64,000 nt of DNA from Fistulifera solaris (taxonomy: Eukaryota), in contig AP026130.1 in the NCBI GenBank assembly GCA_030295235.1, positions 372,001-436,000 on the forward strand. Direction: 5' to 3'. Below, one piece after another: positions 51,571 to 64,000 of this stretch. The notes under the pieces were generated by a model. It saw only the letters and a program-made list of their open reading frames with translations. It did no database searches and had not been told where the DNA came from. Every line of letters starts with the position of its first letter. Position 1 is the first letter of the stretch. The translations under genes were made by a program, and so were the position numbers.

Positions 51571-52341
51571 CTATCGATCGTTGAGGGAGGACAGGAAATC
51601 CATAAGCTGGCTCTTTTTCGGCTTCTTCTTCTTGCCAGCTCGCATAGTTTCCTTCATGTCATTGTCATTATTATTCAATTTTCGTTTGGGCAGCTTTCCG
51701 ATAGAGATAAAGTCATTCTGCTGACTAAATTCTTTCGTACTCTTTTGACACACGACACTCCTTTCTGGTACGATAGCTCTTCCTTTTATTCCTCCCTTCA
51801 CGACAGTTTGACCTTTAGATGTATTCTTACTCCGAGAGCAACCGGGTAGTGTCAACTTCCACTGACATTGGCATTTAACTACAACCAGATTGCGACTGGC
51901 TTGCAGGTCATGACTAATAGAATGCGGCATAGATATTTGTTTTTTAAGGTGCGGATATTCGATAGCCATCACCTTGCCGAGTAAGGAAAGTTCGGAAATG
52001 TCTTTTTGGGTATGCTTGGCCTTGGCATGTTTATGAATCAGGGCTGTCTTTCGCGAGAGTCGACGACGCTGTGTCCGCGAAAGAGCTTTTTGTCGGAGAA
52101 GACGGATAGAAACTCCTTCGCAACCGGGTTGAACCGGTCCACCACACCGAGGACAAGTTGGTATGCAAGTTCCTTCCATTGAAGAGGATGAGACGCCGTC
52201 ATCATGCACGGAATGCAAGCCATCGTGGTGGCGTAAAAACGCATTTGAAACGTAGTTGGCGATTCCGAAATCATGTTTCGAAGCAACTGTCAATGCCGCT
52301 TGACGGTACCTTCTCGTGTCTTCAGAAATATCGGCGCTCAT
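51571..52341 (-). CDS. Rpr2/Rpp21/Snm1-like zinc-ribbon protein (putative RNase P/MRP subunit)
   Basis: CPRCGGPVQPG..SIRL and VVVKCQC pair; basic tail ending LMDFLSSL. Confidence 0.6.
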   Translation of the reverse strand: MSADISEDTRRYRQAALTVASKHDFGIANYVSNAFLRHHDGLHSVHDDGVSSSSMEGTCIPTCPRCGGPVQPGCEGVSIRLLRQKALSRTQRRRLSRKTALIHKHAKAKHTQKDISELSLLGKVMAIEYPHLKKQISMPHSISHDLQASRNLVVVKCQCQWKLTLPGCSRSKNTSKGQTVVKGGIKGRAIVPERSVVCQKSTKEFSQQNDFISIGKLPKRKLNNNDNDMKETMRAGKKKKPKKSQLMDFLSSLNDR

Positions 52342-52705
52342 GATTAATAGCTATTCGTCTTAGTAGCACAGCTTCATCAACTTCCTTTTTAAAAGTTGTT
52401 TCGAAAAATAGCAACACCCTATTTTCTTTTCTTTATATTCGCATTGCGTCTCATCGCAAATTCATTTTCTTACAGTAAGGTTTATGGCTAGCGTTAATCG
52501 TACAGGTAAATGCGGTTGAAGTTGAAAACTATTTGCTATGGGCTATGGTTACGCGTGAGCAGTAACATGGCAACAAATAGAGTAAGCTGACTTCTCCTCT
52601 GTGAGTCGTTGCACTAGATCTAGACTGCCAACGATCTTTCGATATATTTTACAAGCGCTTCCTTGAGCTTCTCTTATTAATAGCTATGTGTTAAATGTAG
52701 GCAAG

Positions 52706-54848
52706 CTAATGGAGATGTTTAGCCACTCTCCAGCTGATTGGTTTCTGCAGGCGACGAAAGAACTTTCTGTCCGCTTTTTGCTTGTTCAAATACTTTAACG
52801 ACAACCAAACATTGGCAAGCTTAGACCGCTTATGTTGAGGAATGGGTTCGCCATCTTTGGTGTAGCATATGCGGCGGTAACTTTGCAAGAGCGGTCTTGC
52901 CGAGTCTAGCAAATTGTAAGAAGGGCATACCTGTGAGGCCAAGCTTTCGAGACACAGGATGTTAATGGTCAAAGTCGCAAAGTTGGCATCAATTCGGACT
53001 TGGTGTTTGCGAATGAGAGTAAGCACGCCTCTTAAAACGTGCCCAACGTCTACGTGCGTACCGTACCCTCGACATCTTTCGTCAAATAACGCCGCCATAT
53101 CGTCGCAAAACGATTCTTCTTGTTCGGCACTCAAATTGTTTTCAAGAGAAAATTGCAAAGCGAACTTGGCTGCCATTCGACCATCTCCCTCGCCCATACT
53201 CGACAAGAGGCCCACAAACGTCGAGCTCTCGTCCTCAGTGAGCTGAGCCACCATCCCAGCATCGACCAACGTGACCTTGCCATCAAAACCCGATTTTTTG
53301 GAATGAAAATCAAGAAGAATATTCCCAGCATGAAGATCCGCGTGCAGTAGATTGTCCAGAAGTAGCATTTTTAAATAAAGGCCGAGCCCAGTGGTAACGA
53401 TGAAACTCCTCATCGCAACAGGCATTACGTCATGCCCTTCAATGAATTTAGGTGTCCCCGTCTTTTCAGTTTTCCTCCTTTCGCACACTGTAGATAACCT
53501 TGAAAGTTTCCGATATTGATGTAATCGGCTAAATCGTTGTACTGGTCAATGATGGAAGTTACGATCGAGCCCGGCTCGAAAGATTCGATGATACACGCCG
53601 CATTTGCATAAAACGGATGGGGAAACTGAACGCGTGGCCAGTTGCGAAAGTTGTGATTCAGGACTTCCAAATGGTGGGCTTCTACGTTGAGGTAAGATTG
53701 GGCCGACATGGTGTGACTGAACTGCTCCACCGATTCTCGAATGTGTAGCCAGGACAAGGCGGGGATGTAATCAAATATTCGAGCAAGACCTGCCATAATT
53801 CGAAAGTCCATCTCGATTAATCGGGCTACATTGGGATGCCGGATTTTGAGAGCAATTGGCTTGCCCTCCAGTACAGCTTTATGAACTTGTGCGATACTCC
53901 CCGAAGCAATAGGCTCCTTTTCAAAGTCATCGAAAACGAGGTCCAGCGACCCTTTCGCCAAACCCAAACTACTTTCTAGAATCGTCTCCGAGTGATCCCA
54001 CGAATGCGCGGGGGCATTAGCATGCAGTATGGATAATTTGTCACAGAGGGCTTCGGGGAACATGTCGCTACGCGTGCTGCTCCATTGACCCCATTTGATC
54101 CAAGCCGCCCCTGAAGATGCGATGCTCGACGTTAGCCAAGAAAACCAGGTATTTTCTCGAAAGGTTGTAGAAAAGACAGCGAGACCGACTGTCAGGTAGC
54201 ACGGCGCGAACGTAATCGACAATTTCAGTACTCTCATGATAAGTTCCCAATTCTTAATCGATCGCTTTTCTTCCGCTTGCGGACTGATTCCCTTCATAAC
54301 AGCTCGGAGGACTGTTTTCTGTTGAAAAAATATCTAGATTCATGCGATTTGGGGGGGAATGGGTCATGGCTCTCTTCCGCAACTTTCTGAGGAACCAGTA
54401 GCTTCTCTTCTAAAATATAATCGGAATCCACTTGCACTCCGTGCATCGAGTAAATTTTAATATCCCCTTGTTTGGCCCACTTAGCAAAGTCGCGTGTACG
54501 CTTTTTTGAATGTACATAATCCATTCGACTTTTTAACACATGTTTGATGTAGTGGGCTCGTTCAGCAGCTAAATCTCCTATAGATGGATAGGGAATGTTG
54601 GGAGAGACGAGTGACGGAGGAACGGCACTGCTGGCGGATGCCTTCCAAAGTTGTAGACTTGCGACGATCGTCAAGATCGAAAGATAGTTACGTTCGTGCA
54701 TAACGTTCGCTTGTAAGCTTCGATACACAGAGCGTGTCGAGGATGATGTGTCGATCCTCTTTTGATGTTGTTGTTGCGACTTTTTGCGACGATTTGTGTG
54801 ATCCGATGCGCGACGAGATCGTCGTTCTCGCTGCGTTGGGTTTACCAT
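52706..54848 (-). CDS. ABC1/UbiB atypical kinase (ADCK2-like); frameshifts near 54300 and 53460
   Basis: GAAWIKWGQWSSTRSDMFP, PIASGSIAQVHKA, KIRHP, HADLHAGNIL and DAGMV. Confidence 0.9.
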
Positions 54849-55110
54849 TATTTACTCATGCTGCGTTCGTCGGGTTTATGGTGGTGCGACTTCGAAGAAT
54901 TTTTTCAGAATAAGATCAGTTCATGATCAGGAACAAAAAAATCGAAGTCCCTCTTCGAGTTCGGGTCGGGTCACATTTTCTGGATCTATGGCTTCGAAAG
55001 AACGAAATACCCAGCGACCGTCTTCTAACGAAAACTTACGTACCTAATGGTCACCCATCAAAACGATCCTCAGATTAATCATAAATTTTAAGAAATCACT
55101 GACGTTCACC

Positions 55111-55763
55111 ATGAAATCGTTTCTCTCGTTGATCCTCTTTGTCACGTCGGCCACTTCTTCGGGAGCTTTTGGGGTTCCTTCCTCACGTCGAGAGCTCTTC
55201 CAGCAAACCGCCGTTGGTACTGCAGCTTTCTTTCTCACTCCAGCTGCTCATGCAATCGAAGCCTGTCCGAAAGGAAGCAAAAATTGCATTGTCACCGTGT
55301 GGAGTCCGCCGGAAGGAACAACCAAAAGAGCATGGCCCTTGCCCTTCGATCCGCCATTTACAGCTACCCTAAAAACGGTAAGAAGAGCAGGAATGATACT
55401 ATTGCAATGAGTAAAGTATATTTATGTTGATCATCCTATTCATTGTGGACTCATACTGTGATCTCAGGACAAGAAAAAGTTGACGTCGGTGGCTACGAAA
55501 TTGTGCAAGATGATTTGGAAACGCTCGGTACAGCCCGTGTCGAATTCAAATCTGGAGTGGGCAACTTTTCCAAGTTCTTGAACGGAGGAAAGCCGTTTAT
55601 CGACGATCTAACTTTCGAAATCAACGGAGACCATGTCGAGGTCCGATCTGCTTCGCGTATGGGCGATAACGATTTCGATGTGAACCGCAAGCGTCTTGTT
55701 TTCTTGGCCAACACACTCCGATCGGCAGGTTGGTCCGTCGAAGAGCCGACCTACTATAAGTAA
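55111..55763 (+). CDS. DUF1499-like protein, probably plastid/thylakoid, paralog 1; one intron from ~55378, frameshift near 55325
   Basis: Signal peptide, GAF, SRRE (Tat-like) and AHA; CPKGSKNC, FIDDLTF and VRSASRMGDNDFDVNRKR. Confidence 0.8.
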
Positions 55764-56025
55764 GAACGAAATCTTTGATTGATCGATCTAACAAGCAATA
55801 GATATGGAGAGCTTATATACAATTTATTGTTTGTTGTAAAAATAACATAGCTAAATACCGTTACGATATTTGGTATTTACTTTGTATTTGTGTGACGTCA
55901 GTCACCAGGAGGATGAACTCTCGTTTCTCTTGTGTTTATTAATCGTCTTTTGGATTAATCCATCTCCAGCACCTCTCATTTGAATCTTCCGTAACTGCTT
56001 TCCTTTGCAACAAAGTAGCTTCAAC

Positions 56026-56648
56026 ATGAGGACGACCGTGTCATTCATTCTCTTGGCCGCGTGCTTCGCTTCGGTGAATGCATACGGTGTCGGATCTTCA
56101 CGCCGTGAGGTCTTGAAACAAGCTTCGTTCGGTGTCGCTTCCTTGTCTTTCGCGTCCACCGCCAACGCGATCGACGCCTGTCCGAAAGGAAGCAAGAACT
56201 GTATCGTTACTACTTGGAATCCTCCGGCAGGAACGAGTAAAGGATATGGCTCTGACAATCAGAGCTGCCATCAATGGATATCCCAAAGAAGGTGAGTGAC
56301 TTTCGCAATTGCTATCATTCCATTCATCCGAGAACTATCCAACCAATTACATGACCAGGACAAGAAAAAGTAGATCTTGGAGGGTATGAAATTGTTCAGG
56401 ATGATTTGGAAGCTTCGGGTAAAGCTCGCGTTGAGTTCAAATCCGGTATTGGCAATTTTGCCAAATTTCTGAATGGAGGAAAGCCCTTTGTCGACGATCT
56501 CACTGTTGAGATTAATGGAGACCGTGTGGACGTACGATCCGCTTCTCGAGTGGGAGATAGTGACTTTGATGTGAACCGTAAGCGTCTCGTGTTCTTGGCT
56601 AATACACTTCGATCGGCTGGCTGGTCCGTCGCCGATCCTACCTATTAA
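56026..56648 (+). CDS. DUF1499-like protein, probably plastid/thylakoid, paralog 2; one intron from ~56292, frameshift near 56240
   Basis: Same architecture and intron position as paralog 1: CPKGSKNC and VRSASRVGDSDFDVNRKR. Confidence 0.8.
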
Positions 56649-56842
56649 ACAGCAATAAGCAGCTGCACCCGGTCCTGAGACCCGAGGCGTAAGCGACAAG
56701 TAACATGAATTGATACCTAATTTGATTCGATAATTCACGCATATGCAGATGATTCTCCGATACTGAACTGAAATGTTATGTTTGCGTGTCACGGAGGAGT
56801 CGTGTGTTGCTGAACGAGCCGCGTTTTCTTGATCTAGTGAAT

Positions 56843-57483
56843 TTAGTTCCACCATCCTTTCTCTCCGGTACGGAAGTCAGTCTCGGTCCAAGGGCTGAAA
56901 AGTATCTTGTCGCTTGCTTCATCCACATCGCAATGGGCCAAAGCCAATGGAAGAGGAGCTGGCCCACGCAAGACGGTACCATCGGGAGCGTACTGAGATG
57001 CGTGGCAAGGGCAAATAAACTTGTTGTTGGCAGCCGACCACGGGACAACGCATCCCAAATGAGTGCACACAGCATTCAATCCATAACTTTCGAGTGTTTT
57101 ATCGTCGTTAACAATCAAGTACGTAGCGTCGCCCTTCAAACCCTGAACTAGCGAGCGATCTCCAGTAGGCTTGGTTGCAACGTATTCCGTGAACAGAATG
57201 TCTTTGCCCAAAGCGTCCTTGGCAGCGACACCCCCGTTTCTCCAACAGAACCGGGAGGAACAAAGAAGGCAATGTAGGGTACACCTAGACCCAAAACAGT
57301 TAGCCCTCCAGCACCAACCATGAGCATGTTCATAAGAAGACGACGCTCTTCGTTAATATAGAACTCCTCGGGAACCGCCGTACTAGACACAGCCAATTGA
57401 CTGGGCGTGACCGACGTCGTTGGAACGAAAGCAGTGGCCAAACTTAGGGTAGCAAGGGAAAGGATAGTAGATAAGATCATCAT
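56843..57483 (-). CDS. petC: Cytochrome b6f Rieske iron-sulfur subunit; frameshift in a G-run near 57233
   Basis: [20 protein letters not shown] and CPCHASQY; signal peptide plus TAFVP. Confidence 0.95.
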
Positions 57484-57921
57484 GATGGATGTCAATCGTG
57501 AGAAAAGTGAAACTGGAGATAAAAATATTTGTGTTCCTAGCTAGATGGGTAATTATTTTCGGTGTTCGTGTGCATGTGAAAGGTGCTATAGTCATTAGTG
57601 TACTGGTGGCCGAGGAAGCCGCAGGAAAGAGCCTTTTGTTGACGCAACACGAACCGCGGAAAAAGGCTCTTATCTTTTCGGTCTTGTGTCTTGTGTCTTG
57701 TTCGCCCTACATCAAAATCAATAGTCAACTCAGAAGTTGTGTCTTGACACTTTTCCATAGTAGTAAAGTTTTTATAATCTTATGGGAAATCAAGAAGGCT
57801 ATTCTTTAACTCCGAAACATTATCGGAGGGCCGCCGTTGACATTCTCATAAATTGCCACGAGCAACAAACACCCATATTTCATTCATTATTTTCCTCAAC
57901 CTAACCATTTTTATTTAAACA

Positions 57922-59160
57922 ATGTCTATTGAATACTTTACTCCTTTGACTGGAACACTTGGAGGGTTTCTCATTGGTAAGAATAAAACGTTGGTAGTCT
58001 TTTCTTTTATAGATCGATGTCTGACTGTTCACGATGACTCAGGAGGCTCCGCGGCCATTTTATTGCTCTTTAACGGAGATATACTCGGTGCGAGCGGCAT
58101 CGTCTCCACTACTGTTCTAGATCCTGTCAAAGCCTTCACTGACCCTTGCATGACATGGAAACTAGCATTCTTATCCAGTTTCCTTCTGTTCTCAAACCTC
58201 GTCTTGGGTACCTATTTAGAAGGCGATGAACGGTTCGGAAAGAATGCCAGCATTCCAGTCCCATCTATCATCGGCTATGTCCTGGCGGGAGGCTTGGTTG
58301 GCTTTGGAACTCGACTAGGTAACGGCTGTACTACTGGCCACGGCGTGTGTGGTATGGCTCGTCTCAGTATTCGCTCGATTGCTGCCGTGTGCACATTCAT
58401 GATTACAGGAATCGCTACGGCCGTACTCACAGCTCCAGATAATCATGTAACTCGTGACTTCACAGAATTCTTGCGCACAAGCGATGTTCCTAAACAACCG
58501 ATGCAATGGTTGGGTTCGATCATATCCATGTTCATTGTCCTGCCTACCATTCTAGCCATCTTCCGGCTGTTTGCGATGAAAGAAGAGAGCAAGAAAACAG
58601 CACCGACCTCTCAACCAAAATCGATCAATCCTAGTGAAGACAAGACAACTCAAAGTGAAGATGACTACGCTTGTGATCCGAATGTTGATCTCAGTGATGA
58701 TCGACACAAAATCATTCCAGCTGCTACCGGCGGACTCGTGTTCGCATTGGGTCTCGCTGTGTCCGGCATGGTATATCAAGGCAAGGTTCTCGGTTTCCTT
58801 AACCTCTATCTCCTTTCCAACGGAACCTACGATCCCACGTTGCTGCTAGTGATGGGCGGCGCGTGCATTGTCAGCTTCGTGGCGTATCAGTTCGTGCGTG
58901 GCTGGGGTATTCTTTCCCACTCTTGGATACGTACATGCCCTCTGGCCGCCAAGAAGTTTTCGGTTCCATCGAGTACTATGATTGATACACAATTGCTCCT
59001 CGGAGCTGTCTGTTTCGGTGCAGGATGGGGACTCGCTGGTATCTGCCCCGGACCAGCCATCTACTTGGCAGCGATTGGTACACCGTCCGTCATTTCATAC
59101 TGGTGGCCTGCGTTTTTGATTGGTTCGTTTATTGCGCTTAAAGTCAAAGAACGATCATAG
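57922..59160 (+). CDS. YeeE/YedE family sulfur-compound (thiosulfate) transporter; intron 57977-58042
   Basis: [30 protein letters not shown] and [15 protein letters not shown]. Confidence 0.92.
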   Translation: MSIEYFTPLTGTLGGFLIGKNKTLVVFSFIDRCLTVHDDSGGSAAILLLFNGDILGASGIVSTTVLDPVKAFTDPCMTWKLAFLSSFLLFSNLVLGTYLEGDERFGKNASIPVPSIIGYVLAGGLVGFGTRLGNGCTTGHGVCGMARLSIRSIAAVCTFMITGIATAVLTAPDNHVTRDFTEFLRTSDVPKQPMQWLGSIISMFIVLPTILAIFRLFAMKEESKKTAPTSQPKSINPSEDKTTQSEDDYACDPNVDLSDDRHKIIPAATGGLVFALGLAVSGMVYQGKVLGFLNLYLLSNGTYDPTLLLVMGGACIVSFVAYQFVRGWGILSHSWIRTCPLAAKKFSVPSSTMIDTQLLLGAVCFGAGWGLAGICPGPAIYLAAIGTPSVISYWWPAFLIGSFIALKVKERS

Positions 59161-59490
59161 CTTGTAGATATAACATTTAGATCATTTAGGACTTTGTGTC
59201 TTGCCCTTCGATTCGACGATACAAATACATAATCGACAAGCGCTAATGCATGGATTTGTGCCATTATTGGAGGTTTTCAACAACATCCTCTCGGAAGCAA
59301 ATCAAACTATAAAGGTCTTTCCTACCTGTCTTCAGCAGCGCACTTCATAAAACTTACTAAGCGCTTAGTTTCGTTTCTTGCGTGATTTACCCTACGAAAT
59401 AGAGAGACAAGCCATGCCGCTCGAAATCAGAGCTAAAGTCTGCCAATCCAGCTTTTTTGAGAGAGTGGTACTTCCAAGCGACTGACCGTT

Positions 59491-62400
59491 CTACGGGAAG
59501 TTGAGAGTTTGCTGAGACTGTCCAATCGCTCCATGCCGGTTAGGAGGCAGCAAGCGCAGAATTTTTACCCGGGGATTACTTTTGCAGACAGAGATGTCCT
59601 GGGGAGTGATGAAAATAAACTGCCTATGAGACATCTTCGTGAGCGCCAGCTTAATTAACAATTTAATGATCAGTTTCCTGGTAGGTGTATCCAGAAAGAC
59701 GTCAAATTCATCGAGAATACGGAACGGAATCTCTATCTTTTCACCCAGTGCATAGATGAGGCACACCTGAGTGTAGCTTTTTTCACCACCACTATGCAAG
59801 AAGACCGATAAAGTTTAGAGAGACAATCAGATACACGCTGTTAGGTTTCACATTCATTGCTCACCTCAAATTTTTTTACGTCATTGCTCATTGTATTCTT
59901 GTCGGAAGTCTTATTGGCATGGATTCTAAGAGTTTCGTTTTCGCCATCGAATGTTACATTTCCGTTGTAGTCGTTCACTCTTAGCAATTCTTTGAACTTC
60001 CAATTCGTTGTCTTCTCCAAATGTTCCTGCATATCTTGTTTCAAGTATTTGCGTTCCTGCAGATCATTCTTTAGAATCGTAATCTTAGCTTCTAATTCAT
60101 CAACCACTTCGCGTTGGCTTGAACAATCATTCAAAGCGCGCGTATACTTTTCGTAGGCTACCACTTTGTCGTCTCGTGAAATGTTGCGGTGTTCTTTTTC
60201 TCGCTCAATCTGATTGCGTAAGTTTTCTATCCTAGCATCATAATGTTTTGGTTTTCGAATGTTGATACCTTCGGGTAGCTGAATCGCTTCAAGATCGCCA
60301 TCCGATGGATCGTGTGGGACATTCCTCGAAAATTCAAGAAGTCGGGCTTGACGTAACGCCGCTTTCACGTCAATCTCTAGCGCTTCCGCCCTCTTGCGGC
60401 TTGTGTCGACAGAAGCTCGACTCTTGCTCAACTTTTGCCTTTTCCTTTCAAGTTGATCTTCACGCAGAGATATACTATGCAAGAACTGTGTTAAAGTCTC
60501 TTCTGCAGCATTGCTTTTTTGGCACAACTCCTCGATGCTTGTAGAACATTCATTGATTTCGGCTTTGAGGCGGTTCAATCTCTTGTATGATGACACTGGT
60601 TTCATCACTAATCTTTTCGTCTTTGATATCGACTTCTTCAAGCTCTCGTTCCAAGTTCATGATATCTTCTTCGTGGTCACCCGTATCCATTTGAAAAGTG
60701 GTCGACGCTTCTACCAAGTCTTTGAGTTCGCTTATTTTGTTCGACAACATCTCCGTCTTTTCCGTGTTGGTCCTGAGTCGATGTTGGTGATGATTTTGTT
60801 GGCGTTTTTGCTCAGTGCAATCATGCTCCAATCGATCGTGTTCCACGTGGGCTCGCTGAAGTTCGCTCTTCAGCAGCATCGCTTCTTCTTTAGCATGTGC
60901 AATAACGTACTTTTGTCGACGCCAAGAGTTTGGAGCATAGTCCTGCCGTCAAGAATATCTGCCTTGTTACCGCCCTTAACTGTCCACTTCCCTCCTTCGG
61001 GAAGAAAATAAACATCTTGAATAGGGCTGCGAATCGCATCTCTCCCATTCTTTTCATAATAGAGGAGATTTTCGCTTGAAGCTTTGTCATCACAAAGAGC
61101 AACCCTGTCAATGTTAGCGTTGTCTATGAGTACGTTGAAGATTCAATCGTTTTCAACGGTTATTACAGAACACACCCGTTCAACACCAGCAACGTCGAAC
61201 GGCGCGGTCCTGAATCTTGCGCACTCCTTTGTTTGCATAATGCCACAGTCTGATTTGCAGCCGGCTTCTTCTCTGATAATTTGAAGTAGTTTGCGATCTT
61301 CATCTGAATTTACAACGAAGCGATCCAACATGCCGCGTCCCAACGCTTTCTCTGCGACAGCCGCAAATTTCTCTTTACCGGCGACAATTTTGATGTAATG
61401 AGCAACTGGGCCTACAACAGGACCCCGAAATTTCCCTTCTGAAATGTGACGTTGAATCTGTCGGGATCAAATCACAAATGAGACTAAAGGTCAAAAATGT
61501 GTACCGCGGTTTGATCTGCATCACCATCACTTCTTACCATGTTGTAAACTTTCTTGACGTTTGGGCCAAAAACAAAAAATGAATCTGCAGAGGTAGCCTC
61601 TAGCGCACGGATTCGGATGGTAACACTATCTAGTTGGCGTCCAATGGAATGCACTTTAGCACGAGCATCGTCGACATGAAGACTGAGTTCTTCATAGTGG
61701 CGCGAAGAGGTGGAAAGAGCTTGCTTAATTTTCGCGATTTCATTTTGCTCTCGGTGTAATTCCTGCTCGGCATTATTTAGCGAGCTAAGTAATTCGGCTT
61801 CCTTCGGATCGTTTCTTTCACTCAACTGCTTCCGCGACTCACTGCAGCGGATTTGTGCTAGGTCTAATTGTCGTTTGATTTCAGTTCGGTCCTTTGAAAC
61901 AATTTGCCCTTCCTTTTCCAGCTGTTTCCTTGCAACCATTTGCTGTCTTAGTTGCAACTCAAGACTTTGCTTCTTTTCCGTTTCTGCAGCTATATTCCGA
62001 ATAAGCTCGTCGATCGACTGTCTATGCTTGTCCTCTTCGTTCCCTGACGATGCTTGAAGGGCTGTTCTTTCCAGCTCAACTATTTCGATTTCGCGCTGCT
62101 TGACTTTTGCTTCATCCTTAGCGAGGACTTCTGTCTCATTCTGGTGTTCATCGACGGCAACCTTGTAAAGCGACCAAGCATACATTATTTCCGCATCCTT
62201 CAGTTTCGATTCGAGCTTGTCAAGTTCTTCGTGTTCTTTGACCCTTTTCTTGGCTTCGTTAACAAGAAGTTCTTTTTTAGCTAGAGCATTGGTCATCTGT
62301 TCAAGCGTCACCTTCAGCTCTTCAATTTCCTCGAGCGTGGCCGAATACTTTGCATTGATGCGAGACAAATCGTTTGCCTTCTGAAAGAACTCATACTTCT

Positions 62401-63603
62401 CAGTATCACTTCCAAGAAGGAACTTTTTCGCTTTCTCCTGATCGAGCACGGCCACCGGATTATCGACCTGAATGTTTCTGTTCGATTAATGATCGAGCCA
62501 TAGAATAATGAGAATGGGTCGCACGAAAACAAATGGCACGGAAAATAGGACTTACAGATGGTCTAGCATCCTGCAAAGATCTTTCTTTTCCTAGAAACCT
62601 CACGACCTGCTTCGTCTAAAAGCTTGTAACCGTTGAAGCCTCCACTCCTGGTGATCGTACGCTCAACGGTGATCGTCTTACCATATTTATCAGCCTCGTA
62701 AGCGTCTGAGCCTTCGTTTGTCAACGAAACGCGAACAATCGCTTCCGTCGGCTGATTTCTACCACCATCCGCGCGAATCAGATCTTTCAAGTTACCCGCA
62801 CGATGAGTCGTCCGAGCCCCGGATCCCAAACAAATTTGGATCGCCGCCAAGATGGCTGACTTTCCGGAACCATTTTGACCGGTAATAAAATTCACGTTGC
62901 GGCAGAAGTCGATGGTAAACTTGCGATGACACATGAAGTTCTCCACGTAGACCCTCTTAATGATTCCAACATGAATGCTGGGAGCCATCGATGCGTAGTT
63001 TGCTCGCGGTCTTTCATCAGCCTCCTCACGCTCCGAACTGATGTCTTTTTGATTTTCTTCTTCAGCGTTGACCGCAAAAGCAGGTATGTGTCGATCAATC
63101 GCAACATTGCGCTCCGGACCACGCCGTGCCGGCATTTTTCGATCATCATCCGAGCCTTCGTCACTTTCGACACCGCGCTGGGGGGCGACAACACGTGCCG
63201 GCATCTTTTGATCTTCATATAAACTTTCGTCACTTTCAAAGGTCCGGCTTCCGGCTACTTGCTCGTCATCTTGCCCACCGCTGACATCCCACGACTTGTG
63301 TTTGTCGACGTACCCAGCCAAAGCAGGCATACCTCGATCGTCATCCCAGCGAATCTCGACTTCGCGCTCCTGATGATCCACTCGTGCCGGCATTTTACGA
63401 TCATCTTCCGAACCTTCGTCACTTTCGGAATATTGACGCTTGGCTGGTCGCTCACCCTCTTCTTCACTTGAAGGGCTGCCGCGCTTCCACGGATTTGTGT
63501 TCGGAGTGAAAGCGACAAACGCCGGCAAATCGTCATCATCCGACCACTCGTGCATCTCGAGGAACCGCTGTTCCTCTTCTTGTCGCTCGGAATCTCTTTC
63601 CAT
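59491..63603 (-). CDS. SMC6: Structural maintenance of chromosomes protein 6; multi-exon (e.g. intron 62478-62555) with several frameshifts
   Basis: VENFMCH, GQNGSGKSAIL, L|NIQVDNPVAVLDQE, coiled coils, hinge, SGGEKSY and ILDEFDVF. Confidence 0.92.
63125..63426 (-). repeat. Three ~44-bp intragenic repeats encoding ESDE.S.DDRKMPAR in the SMC6 N-terminus
   Basis: Copies at 63125-63168, 63194-63237 and 63383-63426 (cgtgccggcat...tcgtcactttc). Confidence 0.85.
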
Positions 63604-64000
63604 GTTAATAGATAATTTAATACAACAAAATTCAATGTATTTTTATTGTTTCATGATGGTATCTGTAGAAGATTCCAGCGAGAGAGATCCTTTCTTCCGG
63701 AGACGAAAACGGATTTTTGGCTCGAAATTCGTTCGATATTCCCAAAACATTTCAAGAACTTTTCAAGTACCACCCGACGTACATACATATCTTTCACCCG
63801 ATAGATATGTACGTACATGATCATTTGGCAAATACAAGGAAGAATGCAAGGCAATTTGCCAAAGATTAGTAACGGTTTGGCATCCTTTGCCAAATGAATG
63901 TTTTGTTTCGAGCAAGGAGGTGTGGTTTCGAGTTTTTTTGCGTGCGATGTTGCGAGTGCCGTAGAAGGTACTACCTTGGGTACTACTGTACGTACGTACT

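Noticed and set aside
55320..56245. Programmed ribosomal frameshift conserved in both DUF1499-like paralogs
   Set aside because: The two copies need different frame corrections, and the same type of A-run indel occurs throughout the window.

Overview
Gene-dense eukaryotic nuclear DNA, almost certainly from a diatom and probably a pennate one. Supporting features are short GT-AG introns, bipartite plastid-targeting presequences with ASAFAP-like motifs (YqgE/AlgH, RPL10, PetC, fibrillin) and short intergenic spacers. I can support about 32 protein-coding genes, including an IMP1/2 peptidase, RBBP5/Swd1, a WW-cyclin Y-like protein, prolyl 4-hydroxylase, TrmB, a Myb protein, signal peptide peptidase, Hrq1-like helicase, an ankyrin kinase, PTOX, ArfGAP, an HTTM protein, an ABC1 kinase, two tandem DUF1499-like genes, petC, YeeE/YedE and SMC6, plus one tRNA-Val(TAC). 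More than a dozen genes are broken by single-base indels in A/G homopolymers, which points to uncorrected long-read assembly errors. The most unusual feature is a ~4.8 kb gene desert (about 21.0-25.8 kb) with an AT-rich core, bracketed by ~270-300 bp imperfect inverted repeats and lying next to the tRNA; it is a candidate centromere or a decayed long-TIR element. A palindromic TACCWGGTA/TACCGGTA motif recurs in upstream intergenic regions. All family calls come from motif recognition by eye; no database searches were run.
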